Shown piece after piece: positions 63,782 through 64,000 of a stretch of DNA of 64,000 bases. The position numbers and the translations under genes are program-made. Every line of letters starts with the position of its first letter. Positions within the stretch are counted from its first letter, which is position 1. The stretch comes from Marsupella aquatica (lineage: Eukaryota > Plantae > Marchantiophyta). The stretch lies in NCBI GenBank assembly GCA_973895155.1, contig OZ316892.1, positions 16,916,357-16,980,356 of the forward strand. Direction: 5' to 3'. The notes beneath the pieces were generated by a model that was not told the DNA's origin, did not search any database, and saw only the letters and a program-made list of their open reading frames with translations.

Positions 63782-63828
63782 ACTCCTGCTGGCTGGCAGC
63801 GTAAGAGGTTCAATTCCTCTTGGGAGTA
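63782..63828 (+). ncRNA. tRNA-like structure lacking an anticodon arm (copy 2)
   Basis: ACTCCT/GGGAGT stem, GCTG-GCTGG-CAGC hairpin, AAGAGG-TTCAATT-CCTCTT T-arm and an unpaired 3' A. Confidence 0.6.
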
Positions 63829-64000
63829 CATTCTATAGCACAAAATGCCATTCATAGTCATTGCCAACCTTATGGAAGAGTATAACTGATACTGGTTGAT
63901 GCATGACAGAGGTGCCAAATTCCCTTTGGGAGTCTTCACCTTATTGACATACTTCACTCTCCGAGTCATTCTGCATTTTTGCTTCAGTTTATTTCAATGT

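Larger units (their letters stand above)
61640..64000 (+). mobile_element. Element E2: Kolobok-like DNA transposon inserted at TTAA in LINE ORF2, extending beyond the window
   Basis: LINE-like coding ends abruptly at TTAA (61636-61639), and the next ~60 bp match the E1 terminus. Contains the intact KolX-like ORF and the tRNA-like motif. Confidence 0.65.

Overview
Eukaryotic land-plant genomic DNA (spliceosomal introns, plant cell-wall glycosyltransferases, telo-boxes); a bryophyte/liverwort origin is only a guess. Four host genes: an R3H/SUZ RNA-binding protein (-), an intronless GT34 glycosyltransferase (+), a convergent GT106/O-fucosyltransferase-family gene (-) and the organellar aspartyl-tRNA synthetase (-). 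TE-rich DNA surrounds them: a decayed MuDR-like element with a convergent accessory gene and intergenic tandem repeats, solo LTRs, a ~1-kb MULE-type foldback element with a 10-bp TSD, and a degenerate L1-type LINE. The most unusual signal is at 53.4-64 kb. Two diverged elements each start with TTAA|ACCACAACT-N5-TATAWAAGG, and each carries a 132-codon ORF resembling KolX/Nanor/P2X7-ballast domains. In both, a 47-nt tRNA-like structure without an anticodon arm follows 64-76 nt after the stop codon, and all 8 differences between the two copies preserve its fold. Short MITEs elsewhere in the window share the same terminal signature. All calls come from reading the sequence by eye; no searches were run.
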